A DNA stretch of 64,000 nt from an uncultured Trueperaceae bacterium (GCA_963727505.1 CAVSGP010000006.1:96001-160000), one strand, 5' to 3'; positions 20,042-30,620 are shown, numbered from the stretch's first letter. Made by a program: numbers and translations. The notes: generated from the sequence alone by a model not told the origin.

Positions 20042-21232
20042 ATGGACTGGATCGAGACGGCGCAGGCCGCCCTCCTGGAGGCCGGCCTGGACGCCTGGCT
20101 CCTCTACGACTTCCGTGGCGCGAACCCCACCGCTCGCGCGCGCATCGCGCCGCTTCTGGACGGCGGCGTCGCCTCCAGACGGGTGTTCCTGCTGGTGCCC
20201 GTAGAGGGCGAGCCGGTGTTGCTGGTGCACGCCATCGAGCGCGGTTCCGTCCCGCCGCTGCCCTTCGAGGTGCGAGCCTACAGCAGCCGCGACAGCCTGG
20301 AGCGCGCCCTGCGCGCGTTGTTGGCGGGGCGCACGCGGGTGGCGATGGAGTACTCTCCCGGCGGCGACAATCCCTACATCGGCACCGTCGATGCCGGCAC
20401 CGTGGAGATGGTGCGGTCGCTGGGCGTCGACGTTCGTTCCTCCGGCGAGATCGCGCAGGCCCTCGAGGTCTGGACGCCCCGCCAGATCGAGGCTCACCTG
20501 GAGGCCGCCGAGGCGGTGCTGGCGGCCAAGGACCGCGCGTTCGGGTTCCTGGGCGAGCGCCTCGCGCTCGGCGCCGAGGTGCACGAGACCGAGGTCCAGC
20601 GGCTCATCGCGGAGTTCTTCGAGGCGCGCGGGATGGTGTTCGACCACCCGCCGAACGTGAGCTTCGGGGCTCACGCCGGCGATCCGCACTACGTGCCGCG
20701 GCCCGGCCAGGACGCCGTGGTGCGAGCCGGTGACGTCGTGCTGATCGATCTGTGGGCCAGGCTCGACGAGGAAGGCGCGCCCTACGCCGACGTCACCTGG
20801 ATGGGGGTGTGCGGCGAGCCCACCGCGGAGCTCACGAAGGCGTTCGCCGCCGTCGTCGAGGCCCGCGACGCGGCCTTCCGCGCCATCGCGGAGGCCTACG
20901 CGGCCGGGCGTCCGCCCGAGGGAGGCTCCATCGACCGGGTGGCGCGTGACCTGCTGGCGGCGCGTGGCTACGGCGACGACGTCTTCATCCACCGCACCGG
21001 ACACAGCCTTGGCTCGCGGCACACCCACGGCGACGCGGCGCACCTCGATGACTTCGAGACGCGCGAGCGACGGCGCCTGGTCCCCGGCCTGGGCATCACC
21101 ATCGAGCCCGGCGTGTACTTCCCGCACTTCGGCGTGCGCAGCGAGATCGACGTGCTGCTCGACGCCGACGGTCCGCGGGCCACGACCGACCTGCAGGGTG
21201 AGCTGGAGCGGTTGCCGGCGCCGCCGATCTGA
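20042..21232 (+). CDS. M24 family (Xaa-Pro) aminopeptidase
   Basis: WLLYDFRGAN, DPHY, LIDLWA, YADVTW, HRTGHSLG, TIEPGVY, GVRSEID. Confidence 0.92.
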   Translation: MDWIETAQAALLEAGLDAWLLYDFRGANPTARARIAPLLDGGVASRRVFLLVPVEGEPVLLVHAIERGSVPPLPFEVRAYSSRDSLERALRALLAGRTRVAMEYSPGGDNPYIGTVDAGTVEMVRSLGVDVRSSGEIAQALEVWTPRQIEAHLEAAEAVLAAKDRAFGFLGERLALGAEVHETEVQRLIAEFFEARGMVFDHPPNVSFGAHAGDPHYVPRPGQDAVVRAGDVVLIDLWARLDEEGAPYADVTWMGVCGEPTAELTKAFAAVVEARDAAFRAIAEAYAAGRPPEGGSIDRVARDLLAARGYGDDVFIHRTGHSLGSRHTHGDAAHLDDFETRERRRLVPGLGITIEPGVYFPHFGVRSEIDVLLDADGPRATTDLQGELERLPAPPI

Positions 21233-21254
21233 CGACCGGTAGGAGGGAGCCACC

Positions 21255-21623
21255 ATGGGACGGGTCATCCACTTCGAGATCCCGGCGCAGGACATGGAGC
21301 GCGCGGGGAGGTTCTACCGGGAGGCGCTCGGCTGGACGGTCACGGGCTGGGAGGGCCCGGTGGAGTACTTGCTGGTGGGCACGGGCACCGGGGAGACGCC
21401 GGGCATCGACGGCGGCATCCTCCGCGCCAACGATCTCGTCCAAGGCGTCGTCAACACCGCTTCCGTGGACGATCTGGACGCAGCGCTGGAGCGCGTGAAG
21501 GCGGCTGGCGGCACGGTGGAGCGGGGGCGCCAGCCGGTCCCCGGCGTGGGGCATATGGCGTACTGCCGCGATACCGAGGGGAACCTCTTCGGGTTGATGC
21601 AGGAGGACGCCGAGGCCCGCTGA
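21255..21623 (+). CDS. VOC/glyoxalase family protein
   Basis: VIHFEIPA, FYREALGW, GIDGG, DTEGNLFGL; SD AGGAGG. Confidence 0.9.
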   Translation: MGRVIHFEIPAQDMERAGRFYREALGWTVTGWEGPVEYLLVGTGTGETPGIDGGILRANDLVQGVVNTASVDDLDAALERVKAAGGTVERGRQPVPGVGHMAYCRDTEGNLFGLMQEDAEAR

Positions 21624-21757
21624 GCCGCGTGCTGCGGATGGGGGTGTGCGGTGGCGGTCCGGGCCGAGGGCTCTTCCGTCCGCCACGGCGGGGGCCGTGT
21701 GTCTACGTGGCCGGCGAGGCTCGCCGGCCAGCGACCACGGAAGGGTAGAGTGGGGCA

Positions 21758-23056
21758 ATGTTTGTACCGAGTCCAAGAAACGTGGCGGTGGTGGAGGGGA
21801 GCCGACTCCCCTTCCTGCGCGCAGGCGGCGGCTACGCCCGGCTGATCGCCTACGACCTGGCGCGCATGGCGATCGCCGGCATGATGGAGCGCGCCGCGCT
21901 CGACGCGACCGGGCTCGACGCCGTCATCCTTGGATCGGTGGTGCAGAATCCGGCCACCAGCAACGTGGCGCGCGACGCCGCGCTGGCGGCCGGGGTGAGC
22001 GAGCGCACGCCCGCCCACACCGTCACGGTGGCCTGCATCTCCGCCAACCGCGCCATCGCGGACGCCGCCACGCTGATCGCCACCGGACAGGCGGACGCCG
22101 TGCTGGCCGGCGGCGTGGAGATGCTGGGTGACGTGCCCATCGGCTTCACGCGCGAGGTGCGCCGCCGTTTCTTCGAGACCCGCAAGTACCGCGGCCCGCT
22201 CGACTGGCGCCGCTTCTTCGCCGGGCTCAAGCTCGCCGAGCTGATGCCCCGGCCGCCCGCGATCGCCGAGTACAGCACCGGCGAGACCATGGGCCGCAGC
22301 GCCGATCGTCTCGCCGCGGCCTTCGGGGTGACGCGCGAGGACCAGGACGCCTACGCCCTGCGCTCCCACCAGGGCGCCGCGCGCGCCCGGCGCGAGGGCT
22401 GGCTGGCCACGGAGATCACGCCGGTCACGGCGCCGGTGCGCTTCGACGCGCTGGTGCACGACGACGGGATCCGCGAGGACACCTCCGCCGATCGCCTGGC
22501 CGCGCTGAAGCCCGCCTTCGTCAAGCCCTTCGGTACGGTCACCGCGGGCAACAGCAGCCCGTTGACCGACGGCGCGGCCGTGACGCTCCTGATGAGCGAG
22601 GAGCGCGCGCGGGCCGAGGGGCGGCCGGTGCGCGCGCGCGTACGCGACTTCACGTTCGTCGCGCAGGATCCCGGCGACGAGCTGCTGCTCGGCCCCGCCT
22701 ACGCCGTGCCCAGGCTGCTGGAGCGCAACGGCCTGAGCTGGGCCGACCTGGACGTCATCGAGATCCACGAGGCGTTCGCCGGCCAGGTGCTGGCCGTGCT
22801 GGCGGCGCTCGAATCCGATGCCTTCGCGCGTGACAAGCTCGGCCGCGAGGCGCGCGTGGCGAACATCGATCTGGACCGCATCAACCCGTGGGGCGGGTCG
22901 GTCTCGCTGGGGCACCCTTTCGGCGCCACCGGCTCGCGGCTGGTCAACACCGCCGTGCACCGGCTCGAGCACGAGGGCGGCCGCATGGCCCTGGTGACCG
23001 CTTGCGCCGCCGGCGGGCAGGGCCACGCCATGTTGCTGGAACGGGGGGACGCATGA
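21758..23056 (+). CDS. fadI: 3-ketoacyl-CoA thiolase (FadI/TFE-beta type)
   Basis: TVTVACISAN, TAGNSSPLTDGA, IHEAFAGQ, GHPFGATG, ACAAGGQG. Confidence 0.9.
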   Translation: MFVPSPRNVAVVEGSRLPFLRAGGGYARLIAYDLARMAIAGMMERAALDATGLDAVILGSVVQNPATSNVARDAALAAGVSERTPAHTVTVACISANRAIADAATLIATGQADAVLAGGVEMLGDVPIGFTREVRRRFFETRKYRGPLDWRRFFAGLKLAELMPRPPAIAEYSTGETMGRSADRLAAAFGVTREDQDAYALRSHQGAARARREGWLATEITPVTAPVRFDALVHDDGIREDTSADRLAALKPAFVKPFGTVTAGNSSPLTDGAAVTLLMSEERARAEGRPVRARVRDFTFVAQDPGDELLLGPAYAVPRLLERNGLSWADLDVIEIHEAFAGQVLAVLAALESDAFARDKLGREARVANIDLDRINPWGGSVSLGHPFGATGSRLVNTAVHRLEHEGGRMALVTACAAGGQGHAMLLERGDA

Positions 23057-23084
23057 GTCCGTGCGCGCGTCCGGGGATGGCGTC

Positions 23085-25304
23085 GTGAGCCGCGTCGAGC
23101 TCGAACGTCGCGGCGACGTGGCGATCGTCTGGCTGGACCCCGAGGGCGCCCCTGTCAACACGCTGAGCACCGCGCTGCTCGAGCGTTTCGGGGAGGTCCT
23201 CGACGAGATCGAGCGTGACGACGGGGTGCGGGCGGGCGTGATCGCCAGCCGCGCGCCCGGCTCCTTCCTGGCCGGCGCCGACATCCGGGAGTTCCTGCGC
23301 TTCGCCGGTCCCGACGAGGTGCGCGCGATCATCGGCAAGGGGCACGCCCTGCTGGCGCGTCTCGAGGCCGCCCGGACGCCGGTGGTCGCTGCGGTCCATG
23401 GCGCCTGCATGGGGGGCGGGCTCGAGCTTGCGCTGGCCTGTCGCGCCATCCTCGCCAGCGATCACGCCGACACGCGCTTCGCGCTACCGGAGGTGCGCCT
23501 GGGGCTGCTGCCCGGTCTGGGCGGCACGCAGCGTCTGCCACGCCGCGTCGGCCTGCCGGTTGCGCTCGACATGGCGCTGACCGGCCGCAGCGTGTACGCG
23601 CGTCGCGCGCGACGCATGGGCCTCGTGGACGCGACCGCGCCGCGCGAGGGGCTTCTCGCCGCTGCGCTGCAGGCGGCCCGCGGGCTCGCAGGCGGCACGT
23701 GGACGCGGCCGACGCGCCGGCGCCGGCCGGTAGAGCGGCTGCAGGAGACCGCTCTGGCGCGCCCCCTGGTCTGGCGCAGCGCGCAGCGCAGCGTGGCGAA
23801 GGCGTCCGGCGGCCACTTCCCGGCGCCGCCGCGCATCCTCGGGGCGATCCGTGCCGGCGTCGAGCGCGGCCCCGCGGCGGGCTTGGAGGCCGAGGCCCGC
23901 GCGTTCTCCGAGTTGCTGTTCACGCCCGAGGCGCGCGCCCTCATCCACCTGTTCTTCGCGCAGTCTGCCGCCCGCAAGAATCCCTTCCGGGAGATCGCCG
24001 CGCCGAGGCCGGTCGAGCGCCTCGCGGTGATCGGGGCGGGCCTGATGGGTGCGGGCATCGCCCAGGTCAGCGCGCAGCGCGGCCTGCGCGTGCTCCTCAA
24101 GGACCGCGCGCTGGAGCTGGCGGCGAAGGGCAAGGGCAGCATCTACCGCGGCTTGTCGCGGCGCGTGGGCAAGGGGGTCACTCCCTTCGAGCGCGACCAG
24201 GCGGTCGAGCGGGTGGTGCTGGTGGACGACGATGCCGCGCTGGCAGGCGTCCAGCTCACCATCGAGGCGGTGCTGGAGGACGTCGAGCTCAAGCGTGAGG
24301 TGCTGCGCGCGGTCGAGGCCGCCACCGTCTCGGATCCCGCGGCGCCCCCCGTCTATGCCAGCAACACCTCGGCGATCCCCATCGCGCGGCTGGCGGAGGC
24401 CGCGGCGCATCCGGAGGCCGTGGTGGGGATGCACTACTTCTCGCCCGTACCGCGCATGCCGCTCTTGGAGGTCGTCGTCACCGACGCCACCGCCGACTGG
24501 GCGGCGTCCACGGCGGTGCAGGTCGGACTCGACCAGGGCAAGACGGTCATCACGGTCGGTGACGGACCGGGCTTCTACACCACGCGGGTGCTGTCGCGCT
24601 ACATGGCCGAGGCCATGGCCTTCCTCCAGGAGGGCGCCGATGTCACGCTGATCGACGCCGCCATGCGCCACTTCGGCTTCCCGATGGGCCCGTTCGAGCT
24701 GCTCGACGAGCTCGGCATCGACGTGGGCGCCAAGATCCAGGTGGTGCTGCAAGGCGCCTTCGCCGGCAGGGAGGTGCCTGCCGACGACATCCTGCAGCGG
24801 CTGGTCGCCGCTGGCTACCGGGGGCGCAAGGTCGGCAAGGGCTTCTACCGTATCCAGCGCGGCAAGCGCACCCACGAGGTCGACCGAGGCGTGTACGCCG
24901 CGGCGGGGCTCGGCGCGCGCCGCTCGGTGCCCCAGGCCGACGTGGTCGAGCGGCTGTCGCTGGCGATGCTGGACGAGGCGGTGCGCTGCCTGGACGAGGG
25001 CGTGCTGCGCTCGCCGGTCGACGGCGACGTCGGCGCGGTCTTCGGGTTCGCCTACCCGCCATTCCTGGGCGGTCCCTTCTTCCACGCCGATGCCGTCGGC
25101 GCCGCGGCGCTGGTGGAGCGCCTGGGCGCGCTCGAGGGCCGCTACGGCAAGCGCTTCGCGCCCGCCGACGGGCTCGTGCGGCGCGCGGGCAGCGGCGAGC
25201 GCTTCCACGCGGCCCCGAGCACTTACGCGAGCACCGACGCGAGCACCGACGCGAGCACCGACGCGAACGCGCCTGGGGGCGGCTCGGAGAGGGGCACGGG
25301 CTGA
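23085..25304 (+). CDS. fadJ: Fatty-acid oxidation complex alpha subunit (enoyl-CoA hydratase/3-hydroxyacyl-CoA dehydrogenase)
   Basis: FLAGADI, GGGLELAL, PEVRLGLLPG, GAGLMG, SNTSAIPI, GMHYFSPV; start GTG 23085 (or 23061). Confidence 0.9.
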   Translation: MSRVELERRGDVAIVWLDPEGAPVNTLSTALLERFGEVLDEIERDDGVRAGVIASRAPGSFLAGADIREFLRFAGPDEVRAIIGKGHALLARLEAARTPVVAAVHGACMGGGLELALACRAILASDHADTRFALPEVRLGLLPGLGGTQRLPRRVGLPVALDMALTGRSVYARRARRMGLVDATAPREGLLAAALQAARGLAGGTWTRPTRRRRPVERLQETALARPLVWRSAQRSVAKASGGHFPAPPRILGAIRAGVERGPAAGLEAEARAFSELLFTPEARALIHLFFAQSAARKNPFREIAAPRPVERLAVIGAGLMGAGIAQVSAQRGLRVLLKDRALELAAKGKGSIYRGLSRRVGKGVTPFERDQAVERVVLVDDDAALAGVQLTIEAVLEDVELKREVLRAVEAATVSDPAAPPVYASNTSAIPIARLAEAAAHPEAVVGMHYFSPVPRMPLLEVVVTDATADWAASTAVQVGLDQGKTVITVGDGPGFYTTRVLSRYMAEAMAFLQEGADVTLIDAAMRHFGFPMGPFELLDELGIDVGAKIQVVLQGAFAGREVPADDILQRLVAAGYRGRKVGKGFYRIQRGKRTHEVDRGVYAAAGLGARRSVPQADVVERLSLAMLDEAVRCLDEGVLRSPVDGDVGAVFGFAYPPFLGGPFFHADAVGAAALVERLGALEGRYGKRFAPADGLVRRAGSGERFHAAPSTYASTDASTDASTDANAPGGGSERGTG

Positions 25305-25382
25305 GGCTCGCCGGCCGGCCACGGTTGGAACAGCGGAAGCGGCGTCGCACGCGGCGCCTTCGAACACCGGGCCAGGAGGCGC

Positions 25383-26144
25383 ATGCTCGTCTACCTCGAC
25401 CAGAACTACGCCTCACGCGTCGCCAAGTATCTCCTGGGGCAGAAGGGCCACGAGCCCTTCGGTGAGTTGTACCGGGTGCTGCACGCGGCGCGAGCGCGTC
25501 CCCCGCGCCTGCGGCCACGCATCCCGCCGAGCTCCTTCCACGTCCTGGAGACCCGTGGCGGCTACTTGCTGCCGGTCCTGAAGGACCTCTACGCCGAGTT
25601 CTCCGACGGCCTGTGGGTGCGGCCCTGGCAGGAGGTGGTGGCGCGACAGGCGCGGCGCCTCGACGCGCGCTCCGAAGGCCGGGGTTCCGGCGCCGGGCTC
25701 GACCGGCGCGACCTTCTGCACACGCGGGCCGACTGGGAGACGCCGGCGGACCTGCGCTCGCTCCGTGACCTGCTCGAGGAGCCGCTGTCGGGAGGCTTCT
25801 TCGACCGCTGCCAACGCCTTCGCGCCACGCTGGCGGCCGGCCTGGGGATCACCCCCGCGATGGCCCGGGCGCTCCCCTTCGTACAGCTGCTCGTGCGCAT
25901 GGTGGCGTTCCGCTCGCTCGACCGGGACCGGGACCCGCGGCCCAGCGACCTGACCGACCTGATCATGGCGGCCACGGTCGGCCCCTACGTCGACGTGCTC
26001 GCGACCGATCGTTACCTGCGTGAGACCCTGCAGCGCGTGGGCTACCGCACGCCGGTGTTCTCGGGGCGGCGCCACGAGGTGTTGCGCCTGTCCGCCCTGG
26101 TGGAGAACGGTGCGCTGCGGCCGGACCGTCACCTTTCGGCCTAG
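25383..26144 (+). CDS. Hypothetical protein with PIN-domain-like acidic motifs
   Basis: N-terminal VYLDQN, central HVLE, C-terminal SDLTDL and VDVLATD; SD AGGAGG. Confidence 0.65.
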   Translation: MLVYLDQNYASRVAKYLLGQKGHEPFGELYRVLHAARARPPRLRPRIPPSSFHVLETRGGYLLPVLKDLYAEFSDGLWVRPWQEVVARQARRLDARSEGRGSGAGLDRRDLLHTRADWETPADLRSLRDLLEEPLSGGFFDRCQRLRATLAAGLGITPAMARALPFVQLLVRMVAFRSLDRDRDPRPSDLTDLIMAATVGPYVDVLATDRYLRETLQRVGYRTPVFSGRRHEVLRLSALVENGALRPDRHLSA

Positions 26145-26156
26145 GAGGCCCCGCGC

Positions 26157-26831
26157 CTAGGGGTCCGCGCGCTCGCGCTCGGCCCGCTCACGGTCCGCGG
26201 CCGCAGCCAGCGACTCCCGCACCTCGGCGTCGGAGGTCTGCGGGAAGTCGCGGTACCAGCGACCGACGGCCAGGAAGTCGTCGGGTGTGCCCAGGCAGAC
26301 CACCTCGTCGGCCTCGCGGCGCAGTGCCTCCGCCGCTTCGGGCGCGGCCACCGGCGTCGCGACCACCACCCGCGCGGGCGGACCGTTGCGGAGCGCAGCG
26401 ACCGCCGAGCGCATGGTGGCGCCGGTCGCGATGCCGTCGTCGACCAGTACGACGGTCTTGCCTCGGAGATCGGGAGTGGGGCGCTCACCGCGGAACAGGC
26501 GCTCGCGGCGGGCCAGTTCGGCGCGCTCCTCGCGCTCGACGCGCTCGATGGCGTCGTCATCGAGGCCCAGGTCGCGCACGATGGAAGCGTTCAACACGCG
26601 CGCGCCCCCGCTGGCAAGCGCGCCCATCGCCAGCTCCTCGTGGCCCGGGACGCCGAGCTTGCGGACCACCAGCACGTCGAGGGGGGCGCGCAGCGCGCGG
26701 GCGACCTCGGCCGCCACCGGCACGCCGCCGCGAGGCAGCCCCAGCACGATGACGTCGGCGCGACCGGCGTAGGCGCCGAGTTGCCGGGCGAGCTCCCTGC
26801 CGGCGTCGCGGCGGTCGTCGAACGGCATCAT
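26157..26831 (-). CDS. Phosphoribosyltransferase family protein
   Basis: FDDRRDAGRELA, LGLPRGGVPVA, PRPP-binding loop VVLVDDGIATGAT. Confidence 0.92.
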   Translation of the reverse strand: MMPFDDRRDAGRELARQLGAYAGRADVIVLGLPRGGVPVAAEVARALRAPLDVLVVRKLGVPGHEELAMGALASGGARVLNASIVRDLGLDDDAIERVEREERAELARRERLFRGERPTPDLRGKTVVLVDDGIATGATMRSAVAALRNGPPARVVVATPVAAPEAAEALRREADEVVCLGTPDDFLAVGRWYRDFPQTSDAEVRESLAAAADRERAERERADP

Positions 26832-26994
26832 GGATCAACCCCCGTCCCGGGTGCGAGGTTCAGGGGCGGGCCGCGTGCCGCGATGCCCACGCGAGGCCCG
26901 GCCCGGGGACACGGATGTCTCCTCCGCCCCCAGTGAAGCACACGCCGGGCCCCGGCGCGTCCCCAGAAGTCCGACAGGTAAGCGGGGCCGGACG

Positions 26995-28209
26995 TCAGTC
27001 CGCCAGGTGGCCCAACTTCGCGATCTTGGTGTCGAGGTAGCGCTCGTTGTAGGGGTTCTGGCCGGCGTGGAGCGGCACCCGCTCGACGATCTCCATGCCG
27101 TAGCCTTGCAGCGCTGCCACCTTGCGGGGGTTGTTGGTCAACAGCCGCAACTTCCGGACCCCCAGGTCGGCGAGGATCTGCGCGCCGATGCCGTAATCCC
27201 GAAGGTCGGCGGCGAAGCCGAGCCGCTCGTTGGCCTCGACCGTGTCGGCTCCCTCGTCCTGTAGGCGGTAGGCGCGGATCTTGTTGAGCAGGCCGATGCC
27301 GCGCCCCTCCTGGCGGAGGTAGACCAGCACCCCCCGGCCGGCGTCGGCGATCGCTTTGAGCGCGGCGTCGCGCTGTGAGCCGCAGTCGCAGCGCAGGCTG
27401 TGCAGGGCGTCGCCGGTCAGGCACTCCGAGTGCATGCGCACCAGCGCCGGCTCGTCGGTCGACACGTCGCCCAGGACCATGGCGACGTGCTCGTTGTCGT
27501 TGAGCTCGTCCTTGTAGCCCACCACCGTGAACTCGGCCCAGGGCGTGGGCAGGCGGGCGCTGTCGACCCGCCGCACGAACACCCCCTTGCGCAGCCGGTA
27601 GGCGATGAGGTCTGTGATGGCACCTACCTTCAGGCCGTGCTCCGCTGCGAAGTCACGGATAGCGGGCAGCCGCATCATCGAGCCATCGTCGTGCATCAGC
27701 TCCGAAAGCGCGGCCGCCGGCTTCATCCCGGCCAGCACGCACAGGTCGACGGCGGCCTCGGTGTGGCCCGCGCGCCTGAGCACGCCGCCCGGGCGCGCCC
27801 GCAGCGGGAACACGTGACCCGGGCGCGCCAGGTCGTTGGCGCCGACGCCGTTGCGGATCGCCGCCTGGATGGTGGTGGCGCGGTCCTTGGCGCTGATGCC
27901 CGTGGTGACGCCCTCCTTGGCCTCGATCGAGACGGTGAAGGCCGTGCCGCGGCTCGCCGTGTTGTGGGCCACCATCGGCGGCAGATCGAGTCGGTCGGCC
28001 TGCTGGTCGGTCAGTGCCAGGCACACTACGCCTCCGGTGTAGCGGATGACGAAGGCGAGGTTGTCGGCCGTCACCCGCTCGGCCGCGATGATGAGGTCCC
28101 CCTCGTTCTCGCGGTCCTCGTCGTCGACCAGGATCACCGGCCGTCCGGCGCGGAGCTCCTCGATCAGCTCCTCGACGGGAGCCAGCTCGGTACGGGGTTC
28201 GCGTTCCAT
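26995..28209 (-). CDS. ribBA: Bifunctional DHBP synthase / GTP cyclohydrolase II
   Basis: [56 protein letters not shown]. Confidence 0.97.
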   Translation of the reverse strand: MEREPRTELAPVEELIEELRAGRPVILVDDEDRENEGDLIIAAERVTADNLAFVIRYTGGVVCLALTDQQADRLDLPPMVAHNTASRGTAFTVSIEAKEGVTTGISAKDRATTIQAAIRNGVGANDLARPGHVFPLRARPGGVLRRAGHTEAAVDLCVLAGMKPAAALSELMHDDGSMMRLPAIRDFAAEHGLKVGAITDLIAYRLRKGVFVRRVDSARLPTPWAEFTVVGYKDELNDNEHVAMVLGDVSTDEPALVRMHSECLTGDALHSLRCDCGSQRDAALKAIADAGRGVLVYLRQEGRGIGLLNKIRAYRLQDEGADTVEANERLGFAADLRDYGIGAQILADLGVRKLRLLTNNPRKVAALQGYGMEIVERVPLHAGQNPYNERYLDTKIAKLGHLAD

Positions 28210-28210
28210 G

Positions 28211-28936
28211 TCAGCCCTCCCCACCGGCGGTGGCCTCGACCCTGGCCCGCCCGGCCGCGCGCGTGGCGTCAACGCGCGTGCCGTCACCGCCCGCGGCACG
28301 GTCATCGACGGCGCCGTCGTCGGCGAACGCCAGCAGGCGTTCGACGTGGCGCGCCAGCACGTCGGCCTCCAGGTTGACGCGGCTGCCCGGCTCGAGCTCG
28401 CCCAGCGTGGTCACCTCCAGCGTGTGCGGGATCAGCCACAGCGTGAAATCGGTCGCCGCCAGCGCCCCGTCGCTGCCGGCGGGCCCGCCCACGTCGACGA
28501 CCGTCAGGCTCACCCCGTCCACCGTGATCGAGCCCTTGGGGATGAGGTAGCGCGCCAGTCGCTCCGGCGCTCGCACGCTCAGCACGAACGCACCCGGCTC
28601 GCTGCGCTTGGCCAGCACCTCGCCCATGCCCTCCACGTGCCCGCTCACCACGTGCCCGCCGAAACGACCGTCGGACCTCAGGGCGCGTTCCAGGTTGACG
28701 CGGCTTCCCGGCGTCCAGCGGGGCGCCGTCCTGGCGACGCTCTCTTTGGAGAGCTCCACCTCGAAAACCCCGTCCTCGACGCGGATCGCGGTGAGGCAGC
28801 AACCGGACACCGCGATCGAGTCGCCGATGCGAAGGTCCTCCAGGACCCGGTCCGCTTCGATGCCGACGCGCAGGTCGCCGCCGCCGTCGACGGCGGCGCG
28901 CACCACGCCTACTTCTTCGATGATGCCCGTGAACAT
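28211..28936 (-). CDS. ribE: Riboflavin synthase (alpha chain)
   Basis: [50 protein letters not shown]. Confidence 0.95.
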   Translation of the reverse strand: MFTGIIEEVGVVRAAVDGGGDLRVGIEADRVLEDLRIGDSIAVSGCCLTAIRVEDGVFEVELSKESVARTAPRWTPGSRVNLERALRSDGRFGGHVVSGHVEGMGEVLAKRSEPGAFVLSVRAPERLARYLIPKGSITVDGVSLTVVDVGGPAGSDGALAATDFTLWLIPHTLEVTTLGELEPGSRVNLEADVLARHVERLLAFADDGAVDDRAAGGDGTRVDATRAAGRARVEATAGGEG

Positions 28937-28937
28937 C

Positions 28938-30140
28938 TCAGGCCTCCTTCGTTCCATCGGTGTCGACCGCCGCGGGCTGCGGGTAGCGCACCCGGCCGGT
29001 CACCAGCAGGTCGCCGTCGAGCGTCTCGGTGGCGACATCGGACAACGTCAGGGCGTCCTCCATGCGGGCGACGCCGATGCCGCCGAGGGGGCTGGCGCCG
29101 GCTCCGCCGAGCAGCTTGGGGCCGATGAACCAGGCCACACGGTCGACGGCCTGCGCCTCGAAGAACGCCCAGGCCAGCGTGCCTCCGCCTTCAAGAAGCA
29201 GGCTGGTCACGCCGAGCTCGAGGAGCGCGGGCAGGGCGGCGCGCACGTCGGTGCGCCCCTGCGTTTCGTCGGTAGCGATGATGTCGGCGCCCCGCTCGCG
29301 CAGCGCCGATAGGCGCTCCGGCGACGCCTTGCGGGTGACGAACAGCACCACCCGGGCCGGCACGCCGGCAGCGTCCGGCTCGAACAGCCGCGCCGTCACC
29401 GGCGTGCGCGCCACCGAGTCGAACACCACCTTGACCGGGGTCCGCCCCCCGTCGACGCGGCTGGTGAGCAGCGGGTCGTCGAGCAGCACGGTGTTGATGC
29501 CGACCGCCACGCCGTCGAGCTCGCTCCGCCAGCGCTGTACGCGCTGGCGCGCGGCCTCCCCCGTGATCCAGCGGGAGCGCCCGGTCCGCGTGGCGATCTT
29601 GCCGTCGAGCGTCATGGCCGTCTTGTAGAGCACGAAGGGCCGGCGCTCGAGCTGCGCGACGCGGAACACCTCGTTCTGAGCCTCGGCCCGCTCCCGGCCG
29701 ATCCCTACCTCGACCTCCAACCCCGCCTCCCGCAGCCGGCGCACGCCGGCGCCGTCCGTGACGGGGTTCGGATCGAGCGCCGCGACCACCACGCGCCGCA
29801 CGCCGGCGTGGATCAGGGCCTCGGTGCAGGGTGGGGTGCGGCCGGTGTGGTTGCAGGGCTCGAGGGTGACGAAGGCCGTCGCACCGCGGGCGCGCTCGCC
29901 CGCCGCCGTCAGCGCCTCCACCTCGGCGTGCGGCTCGCCGGCACGGCGGTGCCAGCCCTCGCCCACGACCTCGCCCTCCCGGACCAGCACGCAGCCCACC
30001 AGGGGGTTGGGCGACACACGCCCGCGTCCGCGCTCGGCCAGGGCCAGCGCGCGCCGCATATGGCGTGCATCCTCCGCCGCCTCCGGCGGGACGGCAGAGC
30101 CCGCCCGCCTCTCGTCGATGTCGTATTCGCTTCCAACCAT
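28938..30140 (-). CDS. ribD: Riboflavin biosynthesis deaminase/reductase
   Basis: PNPLVGCV, HAE, TLEPCNHTGRTPPC, KTAMTLDGKIA, LLEGGG; start uncertain. Confidence 0.95.
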   Translation of the reverse strand: MVGSEYDIDERRAGSAVPPEAAEDARHMRRALALAERGRGRVSPNPLVGCVLVREGEVVGEGWHRRAGEPHAEVEALTAAGERARGATAFVTLEPCNHTGRTPPCTEALIHAGVRRVVVAALDPNPVTDGAGVRRLREAGLEVEVGIGRERAEAQNEVFRVAQLERRPFVLYKTAMTLDGKIATRTGRSRWITGEAARQRVQRWRSELDGVAVGINTVLLDDPLLTSRVDGGRTPVKVVFDSVARTPVTARLFEPDAAGVPARVVLFVTRKASPERLSALRERGADIIATDETQGRTDVRAALPALLELGVTSLLLEGGGTLAWAFFEAQAVDRVAWFIGPKLLGGAGASPLGGIGVARMEDALTLSDVATETLDGDLLVTGRVRYPQPAAVDTDGTKEA

Positions 30141-30179
30141 CCGAGCCCGCGCCCGGCAATCGCCGCGGCGCAGCTCACC

Positions 30180-30333
30180 TCCTTCTCTCATCCGGACTTT
30201 CACCGTCGGTACCGGAGTCGCACCGGTTCGGGCCCGCCATTCGGCGAAGGCTTCGCGGACTCGGCCGGGCGCAGCGTGGCTGCGCACCGTCCTCACCGCC
30301 GGTCGGGAATTGCACCCTGCCCCGAAGGATGTC
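30180..30333 (-). ncRNA. FMN riboswitch (RFN element)
   Basis: Minus strand ATCCTTCGGGGCAGGGTGCAATTCCCGACCGGCGGT ... CCGGTGCGACTCCGGTACCGACGGTGAAAGTCCGGATGAGAGAAGG matches the RFN consensus; upstream of ribD; TACAAT -10 box near 30385. Confidence 0.96.
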
Positions 30334-30455
30334 GAGTTGTGGAGGCCGCCGCGAACCCCTGGGGGTCGCCGGCCTCGACGTCATTGTAGGCGAGGGACGC
30401 CCGCCGGGTGTAGTGGGAACGTCCCGGCCCGCGTCCTGCGCCCAGAATCGGGGCC

Positions 30456-30620
30456 ATGACGGAGGCCGCTTCCGAAGCCCGGCCCTCCGCGCCCGTGGAG
30501 GTCGTCACCTGCTTCTTGCGTTACCGCGGCGACGTGCTGCTGGTGCGTCGCAGCGGGAGGGTCGGCACCTATCGCGGGAGTCGCGCGGCCGAGCGGCCTG
30601 GTAGCATCGCTCCACGATGA
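30456..30620 (+). pseudogene. Truncated NUDIX-hydrolase N-terminal remnant
   Basis: MTEAASEARPSAPVEVVTCFLRYRGDVLLVRRSGRVGTYRG... resembles the segment preceding a NUDIX box, then diverges and stops after 54 aa. Confidence 0.6.
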
